A stretch of DNA of 64,000 nucleotides from positions 1-64,000 of the IMG/VR virus record IMGVR_UViG_3300042876_000902. One strand, given 5' to 3'. Positions 9,468-19,131 of the stretch are shown piece by piece (position 1 is the stretch's first letter; each line of letters begins with the position of its first letter). Both the position numbers and the translations under genes were made by a program. Origin of the DNA: a virus. Below the pieces are notes generated by a model. It did no database searches, was not told the origin of the DNA, and saw only the letters and a list, made by a program, of their open reading frames with translations.

Positions 9468-10012
9468 CCAACCGTATCATCAGCGCGCAGGTCATCGGCA
9501 CCGACGCCGTCGTTCAGCGGTTCAAGCGCCGCGAGGAGAAGCTGCGCACGCGGATGCGCGAGACGATGGCCGACCTCGGCGAGCAGCTTCGCGCGGCGTC
9601 GGCGGCGAAGGCCCCGCGCGGCGACGAGCGCCAGGTCAGGCACCGGACCACGAAGGGTGGGAAGCTCGCGGCGAGCGCGCGCCTCAAGGTGTTCGACAAG
9701 GTGCTCTCCGTCGGCGCCCGCGTGTACTACAAGAAGTATTACGGCTTGTGGGTTGAGAGCGGGTACGGTCCCGTCGAGGAGCGTGTTCGCGGCTACACCC
9801 GGCGCGACCCGCGGCTGAACACGTATCAGATGACGAAGCGGGGGCTCCCCGGGAAGCGCAAGGCGTCGGTCGGCATCGTCTTCGTCCGGCCGTTCAACCG
9901 GACCGGCCGCGCCGCGCCGCATCCGTTCCTCGTGCCAACAGCGCGGTCGATGAAGGACTCGATCCGTTACCGGCTTGAGGCCGTCATCAACGGAACAATC
10001 GCGGAGGACTGA
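9464..10012 (+). CDS. HK97 gp10-like neck/tail-completion protein
   Basis: GTG start overlapping the previous stop (GTGA); basic protein with KAP...G.L..S, YGLWVESG and PHPFLVP. Confidence 0.75.
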   Translation: MTNRIISAQVIGTDAVVQRFKRREEKLRTRMRETMADLGEQLRAASAAKAPRGDERQVRHRTTKGGKLAASARLKVFDKVLSVGARVYYKKYYGLWVESGYGPVEERVRGYTRRDPRLNTYQMTKRGLPGKRKASVGIVFVRPFNRTGRAAPHPFLVPTARSMKDSIRYRLEAVINGTIAED

Positions 10013-10015
10013 CGA

Positions 10016-10495
10016 ATGGGCGTTCCCGGCGGTCGCGAGCGGTACTACAAGGCGCTGTATGAACGCCTCACGCAGTACGTGACGGGCGCCAAGAATCACT
10101 ACAGATGCACCCCGGTCAGTGCGGTCCCGACCGACAAGCAGCCCGCGTTCATCATGCATGTCGCGGATCAGTTGATCGACCAGCAGCCGCGGATGCCTGG
10201 CATTCACTTGCTTGGTGCCATCGTTGAGCTGGTGGCACGGTCGTCGACGAACCCGGCGCGGGCTGGCGATGCGGTGCTCAACGACCTCCTCGACCAAGTG
10301 GAGGCGGCGCTGGAGCGGCAACCCGACGAGGCTCCAGCACCGAACGGCGAGACGTTTCACACGACGCTCGGCGGGCTGGTGCAGCGGTGCTGGATCAGTG
10401 ACACGATGGTGATCGTTTCGACCGGTGAGGCCTCCGATCAGGCCGTAGCCCTCGTGCCGGTCGTGATGGAAGTGGTCGGGGGCAGGCGCAGCTGA
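10016..10495 (+). CDS. Putative tail terminator protein
   Basis: Position before the tail tube; LNDLLDQVEAAL...TTLGGLVQRCWI. Confidence 0.65.
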   Translation: MGVPGGRERYYKALYERLTQYVTGAKNHYRCTPVSAVPTDKQPAFIMHVADQLIDQQPRMPGIHLLGAIVELVARSSTNPARAGDAVLNDLLDQVEAALERQPDEAPAPNGETFHTTLGGLVQRCWISDTMVIVSTGEASDQAVALVPVVMEVVGGRRS

Positions 10496-10526
10496 AGCAC
10501 AACCGAAGAAAGGACGAGGTGGCATC

Positions 10527-11300
10527 ATGTACATGTTCGGCGCAGGCAACGTCTTCCTCACGGAGTCGGGGGTGTCGAACCCCAAGACCCACAAGGTCGG
10601 CACGCTCCAGGAGGTGTCGTTCGACATCTCCTTCGAGTCGAAGGAGCTGTATGGCAACAAGCAGTTCCCGGTGATGGTCGCCCGCGGCAAGGGCAAGATC
10701 TCCGGCAAGGCGAAGTCGGGCGAGTTCCGCGGTGCGATGATCACGTCGCTCCTCTCCGGTGCGACGCGGACGTCCGGCCGGAAGCTCCACGCGACCGGCG
10801 AGCAGCACTCCGCGCCGACCACGACCACGACGACGTCGTCTGGCTCGCCGGGCACCGTCACCGTGACGGTCACCAACGCTGCGACCTTCGCGCAGGATCT
10901 CGGCGTGTCGTACGGCGCGACCCACGAGCCACTCACCCGCGTGGCGGCCGGCAGCGAGGCGGTCGGGAAGTACAGCGTCGACGAGGCGACCGGCGTCTAC
11001 ACGTTCTCGACGGCCGACGCCGCGGCGGCGCTGCTCTTCGACTACGTCTACACCGCCGTCGACGGGTCCACGATCCTCTACAGCAACCAGCTGATGGGGG
11101 CACAGTCCATCTACTCGCTCGGCCTGTACAACACGGAGCCCGACGGGTCGAAGTTCGGCATCAAGTTCATGAACGTCGTCATCCCGAAGCTTGGGATGGG
11201 CTTCAAGAACGACGACTTCACGATGCCCGACCTCGACCTCTCCGCGTTCGCGGCGACGAACGAGGCCATCCTCGAGGCCTACACGCCCGAGGCGGCGTAA
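10527..11300 (+). CDS. Major tail (tube) protein with internal poly-Thr insert
   Basis: GTLQEVSFDISFESKELYGNKQFPVMVARGKGKISGKAK; DDFTMPDLDLSAFA; located before the chaperone and tape measure. Confidence 0.85.
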   Translation: MYMFGAGNVFLTESGVSNPKTHKVGTLQEVSFDISFESKELYGNKQFPVMVARGKGKISGKAKSGEFRGAMITSLLSGATRTSGRKLHATGEQHSAPTTTTTTSSGSPGTVTVTVTNAATFAQDLGVSYGATHEPLTRVAAGSEAVGKYSVDEATGVYTFSTADAAAALLFDYVYTAVDGSTILYSNQLMGAQSIYSLGLYNTEPDGSKFGIKFMNVVIPKLGMGFKNDDFTMPDLDLSAFAATNEAILEAYTPEAA

Positions 11301-11326
11301 GCAGCGCCGTGGGACAGGAGAGCACC

Positions 11327-11686
11327 ATGGCACTTCTCGACGGCATCAAGGTGAACGTCGGCGGGCGGGAGTTGATCATCCCGCCCCTCAACCTCCGTGC
11401 GCTTCGCAAGCTCAAGGAGAAGATCAAGCTGCTGGAGAAGATGAACACCGTCCCGGGAGAGGAGGAGATCGATGCCCTGCTCGACATCGTCACCTCCGCC
11501 GTGCAGCGCAACTACCCCGAGATCACGCGCGACAACCTCGAAGACCTCGTCGACCTCGCCAACTTGCAGGAGGTCGTCCCCGCGGTCCTCGCGGCGTCCG
11601 GGCTCGTGCGGAGGAAGGAGGCGGCGCCGGGGGAAGCTGTGAGCCCGGTGGCGACCCCTGGGACGACACTGCCTGGGAAGAGCTGA
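11327..11686 (+). CDS. Tail assembly chaperone (gpG-like)
   Basis: Between tail tube and tape measure; AGGAG RBS; slippery site near the 3' end. Confidence 0.8.
   Translation: MALLDGIKVNVGGRELIIPPLNLRALRKLKEKIKLLEKMNTVPGEEEIDALLDIVTSAVQRNYPEITRDNLEDLVDLANLQEVVPAVLAASGLVRRKEAAPGEAVSPVATPGTTLPGKS
11629..11635 (+). promoter_or_regulatory. Programmed -1 frameshift site GGGGGAA
   Basis: CCG GGG GAA in the chaperone frame; the -1 frame (GGG GGA AGC...) stays open to 11916, just before the tape measure. Confidence 0.8.
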
Positions 11687-11916
11687 TCGGGCTCATGTGC
11701 ACGGGGCTCAAGCAGTTCCCCGATGACGTTCTCGACCGGATGACGCTCGGGCAGGCGTTGATGTTGGCCCGGCTCTGGAAGAACATCCCGAGCCTCATCC
11801 ACAGCGGTCTGGTCGGCGGGGCAGCCGGGCAGGCCGCTTCGTTGCAAGAGAAGCCGAAGTACACGAGCAGGGAAGAAGTGAATCAGATGATTCGGGAGTT
11901 CGGCCCAAGAGGCTGA
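11629..11916 (+). CDS. gpT-like frameshift extension of tail chaperone
   Basis: -1 frame reads GSCEPGGDPWDDTAWEELIGLMCTGLKQFPDDVLDRMTLGQ...; matches the G/GT arrangement of long-tailed phages. Confidence 0.75.
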   Translation, partial: GGSCEPGGDPWDDTAWEELIGLMCTGLKQFPDDVLDRMTLGQALMLARLWKNIPSLIHSGLVGGAAGQAASLQEKPKYTSREEVNQMIREFGPRG

Positions 11917-11929
11917 TGCGAGGGCGGCG

Positions 11930-14900
11930 ATGGCGAGCGACCTGCAGGTAACGATTTCGGCAAGCGTCAAGGGGCTCATCGACGGGCTCCACGAGGCGTC
12001 GAGCGCGGTTCGCGAGAACACCTCTGCGATGGAGGAGCGCTTCCACGGGCTCGCCGAGGTGGTCGAGAAGATCAAGGCTCCGTTCGCGGCAGCCATCGCC
12101 GCCCTCGCCGGGGGCGCGGCCTTCAAGGAGGCCATCCACGAGTCGGTCGAGTACGAGGAGCGCATCGCCAAGCTCGGGCGAGTGATGGGCGTGGGCGCCG
12201 AAGAGGCGTCCGTGATGCACAATGCCCTCAAGCGCATCAGCGTCGAGTCACAGGCGTACGAGCTGGCTATCTACCGCGTCCAGATCGCCCTCCGCACTCA
12301 GGAGGCGGCGCTCAACGCGAACGGCGTCAAGACGCGCGACGCCGCGGGTGAGCATCTCGGCATCAACGAGATCATGGAGCAAGGCATCCGGCGCGTGCAG
12401 GAACTCAGCGCCGGGTATGATCGCAACGCACTCGCCCAGCTCATGTTCGGCCGCAGCGCGAAGGAGCTGGAAGAGCTGCAGCGGCTCAACGCGCAGCGCA
12501 CGCAGGAGGCCCGCGAGCAGGTCGAGGAGCTTGGCATCGCCGTCACGGAGAGCGGCGCCGAGGCGATGTACGAGTACAAGGCGGCGATGGCCGGGGCCGA
12601 CACCGTCGTTTCCGCGCTCGGCTACCGCATCGGGTTCGCGCTCATCCCGGCGCTCACCCAGCTCGCGCAGGACTTTCAGAAGATCGGCCCGGTCATCGTC
12701 AACGCCATCGTCCCGGCGTTTGAGGCGATCGGCACCATCCTCGAATCGACCACGTTCAAGCTGGTCCTGCTCGCCGGGGCGTTCAAGCTCGTCCTCGCTC
12801 CCGCCGTCCTCTACGCGGGCAAGAGTGTGCTTGCCTTCATTCAAACGCTCCAGGTGCAGTACGCCCTCGGGGTCGCGGAGGCCGCGGCGCGGAGCGTGCA
12901 GTTCACCCAAGCGCTCAACACGACGTCCGCCGCCGCGTCGCAGCTCGGCATCGTCGCGGGTGCGTCGCTCGCCGACAAGCTGAGGGCGCTCGGGTCGATC
13001 ATCGCCGGGATGATCAATTGGTGGGTCGTCCTGGCCGCCGTCATCATCGGCGGCGTCTACGCGATCGAGCGGTACATCAGCGCGGAGAGCCGTGCGGCGA
13101 AGTCGCGGCTCGAGCAGGCTGACACGGTGAAGGTGCAGACCGAGCGGTTCCGCGAGCTGACCGAGGAGGCGGAAAAGCTCACCCACGTCATCGAGAACGC
13201 CAAGAGCAGCGATGCCGAGGTCAAGCTCGCCAAGGAGAAGCTCGCCGTCGTCATCAAGCAGCTCAACAGCATCTACCCGGAGTTCAACAAGTATCTCGTC
13301 GACGAGAACGGGAACCAGCGGGACATCGCGGAGGCCATCAAGCTCGTTAACGCGGAGCGGGCCAAGGATCTGCGGTTCAAGTTGGAGGCTGCTCAGGCTG
13401 AGCTTGCGACGCTCGAATCGCTCAAGGCCGCCGAGGACAAGCGTGCGGCCGACGCCAAGAGGCGGTTCGAGGCCGAGCACGATGCCCGCCGTCAGCAGGT
13501 CGGCGACACGCAGGGGTATGGCGCCGCCGCCGTGGCAGTCTTCGACTGGGTCCAGGGGAAGATGGCGACGTCGAAGGGCAACGACGTCGCCGACGCAATC
13601 AACAAGCAGCTCGAGGCCATCAAGCGGTTGCAGGAAGCACTCGAGACGGTCGAGGGGCCGAAGCCGAAGCCCGACACCTTCGTCGACGCGAACAACACCG
13701 GGCGGCTCTCGCTGTGGCAGAAGGAGCTGGAAGAGCTGAAGGCGATGGAGGAGAACTGGTTCACGTGGAGCACTGCGCGTGAGCAGAAGTTCTGGGCCAG
13801 CAAGCTCGCCATCTCCCTCCGCAACTCGGGCGAGTACGCTGGTGCCCTCCGCTTCTGGAACGTCCAGCGCCGCAAGACGCAGGAGGACGACCATGAGGCC
13901 GAGCTGGCGCGAATCAAGACGGAGCTGGATGACAAGAACCGGGCCGACAACGAGCGGCTCGCCCTCGCGGACCGCCTCATTGAGGAGGAGCTGCGCGTTC
14001 ACCGGAAGGGGGCGAAGGAAGTCGCCGACGCGGAGCGCAAGAAGGCCGAGGTGATCCGGCAGGTCGGCGAGCGCCACCATGAGTCGACCCTCCAGCAGCT
14101 CAAGGAGGGCGAGAGCCTCAACCGGGCCGACGGCGCGCGCCGTATCGAGTTCGCACGCAAGGCCGTGGAGGAAGAGGTCCGGTTTCACAAGGAGGGCTCC
14201 GAGCAGGTCGCGGCGGCCCGGCGCAAGCTTGCGCAGGTCGAGCGTGAGGTGGACCTGGACCGGCTCGCCGCGGCGCGTTCTTACGCGGAGGGCATCAGGC
14301 AGGTCGCGCTCGTCGGTGTCGAGAACGAGCAGGCCAACCTCGCGTTCCTCCGCGAGATCGGTGAGTTGAACAAGGGTCAGGAACTGGATGCACTGCGGCA
14401 GCTCGCGGCGCAGAAGTACGCCATCGAGCGCGAGAGCAACCTCGCCCGGCTCAACGACACGCAGCTCACGCAGGAGCAGCGGCAGGAGATCTATAACAAG
14501 GACAAGGTGCTCTACGCCAAGTACATGGCGGAGCTGAACCAGCTTTCGCGACAGCAGTATCAGGAGTCGATGAAGTATGTCAACGTCTTCATCGACTCCT
14601 TTGCCAGCTCCTTCGAGCAGGGCTTCCTCAAGGTGCTCCGCGGTCAGATGTCGATCTCGGACGCCATCAAGGGGCTCTGGAGCATCACGTTCCAGGCGCT
14701 CACCCAGGCGGTGGCCAAGATGGTCGCCGACTGGATCGCGCAGGGCTTGAAGATGCTCGCGAACTGGATCACGATGAGGGCAACCGAGACGGCCGTCGAC
14801 ACCGCCGCCGGGACGGCGCAGAAGGCCAACGCGGTCTCCACTGCCACGACCGTCGTCGGTGCCAACGCCGCGAAGGCCGGGTCGGGTGCCGCGGCGACTG

Positions 14901-15268
14901 CCGCCGAGGTGCCCGGGGTCGGGTGGGCGATGGCCATTCCCGTGATGCTCGGGGTCGTCGCCGCCGTCCTCGCCCTGCGCACGCTCTTCGGCTCGGCCGA
15001 GGGCGGGTGGGACCTCCCGTCGGGTGGCCCGTTCCCGGCGGTCCTCCACTCCAAGGAGATGGTGCTGCCTAGCAACATCGCTCAGCCGCTCCGCCAAGCT
15101 ATCGGCAACGGGCAGCTCGGCGGCGAGGGTGGCGGCGGAAGCCAGCCGGTCGTCATTAACATCCATGCGGTCGACGCCGTCGGGCTTGACCGCGTCCTCC
15201 AGAACCGCCGCAGCACGATCATCCGGATCGCTCAGGAAGCGGTCCGTAACCGCAGCACGTTCCGGTGA
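11930..15268 (+). CDS. Tape measure protein
   Basis: 1112 aa, Ala/Glu-rich helical, hydrophobic segments, C-terminal SAEGGWD.P....AVLHSKEMVLP motif. Confidence 0.93.
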   Translation: MASDLQVTISASVKGLIDGLHEASSAVRENTSAMEERFHGLAEVVEKIKAPFAAAIAALAGGAAFKEAIHESVEYEERIAKLGRVMGVGAEEASVMHNALKRISVESQAYELAIYRVQIALRTQEAALNANGVKTRDAAGEHLGINEIMEQGIRRVQELSAGYDRNALAQLMFGRSAKELEELQRLNAQRTQEAREQVEELGIAVTESGAEAMYEYKAAMAGADTVVSALGYRIGFALIPALTQLAQDFQKIGPVIVNAIVPAFEAIGTILESTTFKLVLLAGAFKLVLAPAVLYAGKSVLAFIQTLQVQYALGVAEAAARSVQFTQALNTTSAAASQLGIVAGASLADKLRALGSIIAGMINWWVVLAAVIIGGVYAIERYISAESRAAKSRLEQADTVKVQTERFRELTEEAEKLTHVIENAKSSDAEVKLAKEKLAVVIKQLNSIYPEFNKYLVDENGNQRDIAEAIKLVNAERAKDLRFKLEAAQAELATLESLKAAEDKRAADAKRRFEAEHDARRQQVGDTQGYGAAAVAVFDWVQGKMATSKGNDVADAINKQLEAIKRLQEALETVEGPKPKPDTFVDANNTGRLSLWQKELEELKAMEENWFTWSTAREQKFWASKLAISLRNSGEYAGALRFWNVQRRKTQEDDHEAELARIKTELDDKNRADNERLALADRLIEEELRVHRKGAKEVADAERKKAEVIRQVGERHHESTLQQLKEGESLNRADGARRIEFARKAVEEEVRFHKEGSEQVAAARRKLAQVEREVDLDRLAAARSYAEGIRQVALVGVENEQANLAFLREIGELNKGQELDALRQLAAQKYAIERESNLARLNDTQLTQEQRQEIYNKDKVLYAKYMAELNQLSRQQYQESMKYVNVFIDSFASSFEQGFLKVLRGQMSISDAIKGLWSITFQALTQAVAKMVADWIAQGLKMLANWITMRATETAVDTAAGTAQKANAVSTATTVVGANAAKAGSGAAATAAEVPGVGWAMAIPVMLGVVAAVLALRTLFGSAEGGWDLPSGGPFPAVLHSKEMVLPSNIAQPLRQAIGNGQLGGEGGGGSQPVVINIHAVDAVGLDRVLQNRRSTIIRIAQEAVRNRSTFR

Positions 15269-15283
15269 CGGGAGAGCAAGATC

Positions 15284-17455
15284 ATGGCACAGGCATACAA
15301 GCCGCCGATCAACAGCCGGGACTCGGTCCGCACCGTGGCCCCGGAGGCGTTCGACGTCGATGCCTCCGGCTACGCCGTCCTCGCTGAGGCCCCGGCCGAT
15401 CCGTCGAACCCGAACACACCGATGATCGTCGTCGTCAACGGAACATCGCGCATCAGGGTCACCGGAACGCCCGGGGCCGGTCAGTACAGAGTGCTGAGTC
15501 AGGTGGTCAACACCGGGAACGGCAGCACGGCGACGGAGTATTTGCCGGTGCTTCAGTTTTCGTCGAACGACCGGAACTTGGCTGGCACGGCCGACTACTA
15601 CGCGAGTGGGACTGTGCTCACGCAGCAGTTCTTCGCGATGCTCGTCAACTTCTTGACGCCACTCGTCGTTGCGTCGCGGAGCGCTCTCCCCACGCCGACC
15701 ACGAACCCGTACTTGCGTGGCAGGCCTGGTGACCAAGCGTTCGATCAGAACGGGAATGCGTGGTGGTCGGATGGCACGCAGTGGCGGAACGTCGTCAACG
15801 TTCCTGAGGTCGCGAGCGCGGCAGCGGCGACGGCGGCCTTCGCCGCTGGAGCGATGTTCGTGAAGCGCACCGACATCATCGACGGATCTCCGATCGGTTC
15901 GACGACCACGACGACGGCCGGGCCGACCACTACGACGACGGCCGGGCCGACTACCACGTCCACGACAGGCGGCCCGACCACCACGTCCACGACGTCCGGG
16001 CCGACCACCACGACGACGGCCGGGCCGACCACCACGTCCACGACGGGCGGCCCGACCACTTCCACCACGACCACGACTACGACCACGACCACGACCACGA
16101 CGTCCAGTCCGGCGGTCACTTATTACAACGATTTCGCGTCGACCAATCTGTCAGCATTCACAGCGGATGCCAGCTTCAACGTCTCCGCTGGAAAACTTGT
16201 CAACACAGATGCGACCGCGGCGTGGAAAACTATCACATACGACGGGATCACAACGGCCGACGGTGTCATCGAAGCTGTCGTTCGAGCCAGTGAGACTGTC
16301 TCAAGCCGGTTTTTCGTGTTGGCGCTTCGAGTCAATGGCACTAGCCGGATCCAGCTCATCTGGAATTCGCATGATGAGGGGTCGAACCTCACCGAAGTTG
16401 CGAACGACGCCGGAGTCCAGACGACGCCCAGCTACAATCATCTGGCTGGCCCAGGAACGGATGTTACGCTGAGGCTTCAGATTCAAGGCACCACGGCGTA
16501 CGGGTACATCGACGGAGTTCTTCGGCATACGTTGCTGAACATCAACACCGTCACTGCCGCTGGCAAAGCGCGGATCATGCATTCAAGCAACGGAGTCGGA
16601 ACCAGCTCGTACGACAACCTTCTTGTGTCTACGAACCCAACTGCTGTTTATGTTGCGCCGACCACGACGACGGCGGCCCCGACGACCACCACGACGTCGA
16701 CGACGACGGCAGCCCCGACGACGTCCACCACGTCGACGACGGCGGCCCCGACGACGTCCACCACGTCGACGACGGCGGCCCCGACGACGTCCACCACGTC
16801 GACGACGGCGGCCCCGACGACGTCCACCACGTCGACGACTACCACGTCGACGACGACCACGTCGACGACGACGACCACGACGGTGGCACCACTCTTCTTC
16901 GACAACTACTCGACCGACCAGCTCGCTTCTGCTTACACGCTGGTCGGTACAGGGTGGTCCGTTTCGGGTGGGGTGCTCCGGAACCGCGCGTCGGTCGGCG
17001 ACAACTACGCTCTCTGGAATACCAACGTTCAGAACGGGAGCGTCGAAGCAAAGGTCTACATGGGGGCGACCGGTGGAAGGTTCATCGGTATCGTTCATCA
17101 GTTCATCGATGCGAACAATACCATCTTGATGCAGCTCGACTTGGACGCTGGAACGTCCATCAGGGCGCTCTCTGTCTACCGATTGTCCAGCGGGACTCCG
17201 GTCGAGGTTGGGACCGGGATCGTGGCTGAGTTCGGGCATCCTCAATACGATGCTGACATTGCCGCTCTCTCCGGCCGGAGTCAGTGGATCACGTTGAAGA
17301 TCGTCACCTCCGGGACAAGCATGACGGCATACCTGAACGGTGTTCTGAAGATCTCCGGGACTATGGCTGGTTCGGCATCTGGGAAGCCCGGTGTCCGCGC
17401 GTATTCTGGCGGTGAGTCGCTCCTCTATGACTACGATGACCTGATGATTCGGTAA
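15284..17455 (+). CDS. Mucin-like virion protein: two Thr/Ser/Pro tracts and two beta-sandwich (ConA/LamG-like) domains
   Basis: Roughly 70 aa Thr-rich tracts at about 15898-16108 and 16657-16883, each followed by a domain starting (Y/F)xD(F/N)...(F/W)xVSxGxL.N and ending GK.......YD(N/D)L. Confidence 0.65.
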   Translation: MAQAYKPPINSRDSVRTVAPEAFDVDASGYAVLAEAPADPSNPNTPMIVVVNGTSRIRVTGTPGAGQYRVLSQVVNTGNGSTATEYLPVLQFSSNDRNLAGTADYYASGTVLTQQFFAMLVNFLTPLVVASRSALPTPTTNPYLRGRPGDQAFDQNGNAWWSDGTQWRNVVNVPEVASAAAATAAFAAGAMFVKRTDIIDGSPIGSTTTTTAGPTTTTTAGPTTTSTTGGPTTTSTTSGPTTTTTAGPTTTSTTGGPTTSTTTTTTTTTTTTTSSPAVTYYNDFASTNLSAFTADASFNVSAGKLVNTDATAAWKTITYDGITTADGVIEAVVRASETVSSRFFVLALRVNGTSRIQLIWNSHDEGSNLTEVANDAGVQTTPSYNHLAGPGTDVTLRLQIQGTTAYGYIDGVLRHTLLNINTVTAAGKARIMHSSNGVGTSSYDNLLVSTNPTAVYVAPTTTTAAPTTTTTSTTTAAPTTSTTSTTAAPTTSTTSTTAAPTTSTTSTTAAPTTSTTSTTTTSTTTTSTTTTTTVAPLFFDNYSTDQLASAYTLVGTGWSVSGGVLRNRASVGDNYALWNTNVQNGSVEAKVYMGATGGRFIGIVHQFIDANNTILMQLDLDAGTSIRALSVYRLSSGTPVEVGTGIVAEFGHPQYDADIAALSGRSQWITLKIVTSGTSMTAYLNGVLKISGTMAGSASGKPGVRAYSGGESLLYDYDDLMIR
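16702..16833 (+). repeat. 33-bp tandem repeat x4 (TTAAPTTSTTS)
   Basis: gacgacggc(g/a)gccccgacgacgtccaccacgtc at 16702, 16735, 16768, 16801. Confidence 0.95.
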
Positions 17456-17469
17456 GGAAGGGGCTGCAA

Positions 17470-18780
17470 ATGGGCAACTTCGTAACTTCCAACTCTTCTC
17501 TGTACTCTGACCGGACGGATGGGTCGACCCCGACTGGTGCGTCCTCAGAATGGTCGTCGTCACACGCCAACGGCGTTCGTGATGCCACTTACGATCTTCG
17601 TACTCACATCGGGAATGGCAGGGTTCGAAGTGTGCTCGAGCACAACGCTGACCCGACCGGCGTCGGCGACAGTGCGTCGGCCTTCCAGGCCGCCGTCAAC
17701 GCTTCGCGCCACGTCATCGTCCCGCCCGGGACGTACAAGATCGGTTCAGTGGTCACTCTACCTGATGGCACCTTTGTGGAAGGAAGCGGGTTGGGTGGGG
17801 TCAGCCTGATCAGCCCGTCGTTGTCTGCACGCAGTTTCTTCACGACAGGCGATTGGTGCCGCATCGCCGGGTTTCGGTTCGGGGCCAGCGGAAGCCTCCC
17901 CGGGCTCGGGTCGGGTGGTGCGGAATCGTCCGGTGGAGCGGCGGTCACGATCGCGGGCAACCGCGGGTGGTTGGAGCACCTCGAGTTCCGCAACGTCTAC
18001 AACTGCGTGGTGATTGCCCCCGGTGCTGTGGACGGGGCCGTCTACGTTCTGAACGATTTGGTGGGAAACGACTACGCCGGATCGGCGCTTCAGTGCAACT
18101 CGACGGGGAACCTCATCGGTGACGTCTTCGTCACGAACTTCTCGTTTTACACAGGGCCGCTCAACACGACCGGGACCAACGTCCTGCTGAGTGGATACGT
18201 CGAGGCGTTCTCGATGATGCAGGCGGACGTCATCGGCGGGCAGTACGCGCTGAGGACGACCGGTGGTGGGCAGGGTCACGGAGTTGGCCCGTGCTTCAAC
18301 AAGTTCTCAACCGTCTACTTCGATTCTGCAACGGCGGGAGTCCTTCTCGACAACGCCGTCGGTGCGTGGCTCACGAACTGCTGGTTCTCGTGCCGGCCCG
18401 GCTCCGGGTGCACGGTTCAGAACAGCAATGATGTGTCATTCAACCAGTGCAACTTCGTCAACAACGGCACTCACGGACTTCTGGTGGCGTCGACCGCTGC
18501 CCGCGTTCGAGTCACTGGTGGTTCAAGCATGGCAAACAACTACAGCGCCACCGGCGACGGTTATCACTTCGCGGCGGGGGCCTCAGACTTCATCGTTCAG
18601 GGATGCACCGCATCCAACACTGGGATGAACATCGGAGGCAATCAGCGTTACGGGATCTGCGTTGAGTCCGGAGCGTCCGATCGCTATATCATCCAGGGGA
18701 ACCTCGTCAGCGGGAATGCGACCGGAGGGGTTTCAGACGGCGGTGCTGGATCGAACAAGCTGGTCGCAAACAACTATTGA
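17470..18780 (+). CDS. Right-handed beta-helix (pectate-lyase-like) tailspike/depolymerase
   Basis: RSVLEHNADPTGVGDSASAFQAAVNA....VPPGTYKI entry motif followed by Asn/Gly/Ser-rich beta-helix rungs. Confidence 0.8.
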   Translation: MGNFVTSNSSLYSDRTDGSTPTGASSEWSSSHANGVRDATYDLRTHIGNGRVRSVLEHNADPTGVGDSASAFQAAVNASRHVIVPPGTYKIGSVVTLPDGTFVEGSGLGGVSLISPSLSARSFFTTGDWCRIAGFRFGASGSLPGLGSGGAESSGGAAVTIAGNRGWLEHLEFRNVYNCVVIAPGAVDGAVYVLNDLVGNDYAGSALQCNSTGNLIGDVFVTNFSFYTGPLNTTGTNVLLSGYVEAFSMMQADVIGGQYALRTTGGGQGHGVGPCFNKFSTVYFDSATAGVLLDNAVGAWLTNCWFSCRPGSGCTVQNSNDVSFNQCNFVNNGTHGLLVASTAARVRVTGGSSMANNYSATGDGYHFAAGASDFIVQGCTASNTGMNIGGNQRYGICVESGASDRYIIQGNLVSGNATGGVSDGGAGSNKLVANNY

Positions 18781-18798
18781 ACCAAAGGGCAGGACCCA

Positions 18799-19131
18799 AT
18801 GGGACTCCCGCTATCGCTTCCAGGCACGCTAGATGGGGCGTACAACGGAACGACCACGTCCGCTCCGACAACGACGTCGTCCGCTCCGGCAACCACGACG
18901 TCGGCCGCTCCGGCAACCACGACGTCGGCCGCTCCGGCAACCACGACCACGACGACGTCGGCCGCCCCACGAGGCGAGTATGTGCTATCGTACAGAGGGT
19001 TCAACGTCCCGGTCCGGCCGGGGTCGGGAGCATTCCAACCAGAGGCGGGGCACGGGTCGGACCTCGTAGGGCCGGATGACACCAAACCAATCATCGTCGC
19101 GACCACGAGAGGTAAGAAGGCGATCACATGA
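18799..19131 (+). CDS. Small Thr/Ser/Ala/Pro-repeat protein
   Basis: GTTTSAPTTTSSAPATTTSAAPATTTSAAPATTTTTTSAAP; stop overlaps the glycosyltransferase start (ATGA). Confidence 0.6.
   Translation: MGLPLSLPGTLDGAYNGTTTSAPTTTSSAPATTTSAAPATTTSAAPATTTTTTSAAPRGEYVLSYRGFNVPVRPGSGAFQPEAGHGSDLVGPDDTKPIIVATTRGKKAIT
18881..18946 (+). repeat. 24-bp tandem repeat, about 2.8 copies (APATTTSA)
   Basis: ccgctccggcaaccacgacgtcgg at 18881 and 18905, partial at 18929. Confidence 0.9.

Noticed and set aside
3278-15736. Very long antisense ORFs (e.g. 3278-6370, 5986-8175, 12248-15736 on the minus strand) and many Arg/Pro-rich alternate-frame ORFs
   Set aside because: Shadow ORFs expected opposite genes with near-saturated G/C third positions; no motifs or RBS, and they fully overlap well-supported genes.
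15898-16883. Tandem repeats as a CRISPR array
   Set aside because: Units are contiguous multiples of 3 nt inside an ORF with no unique spacers.
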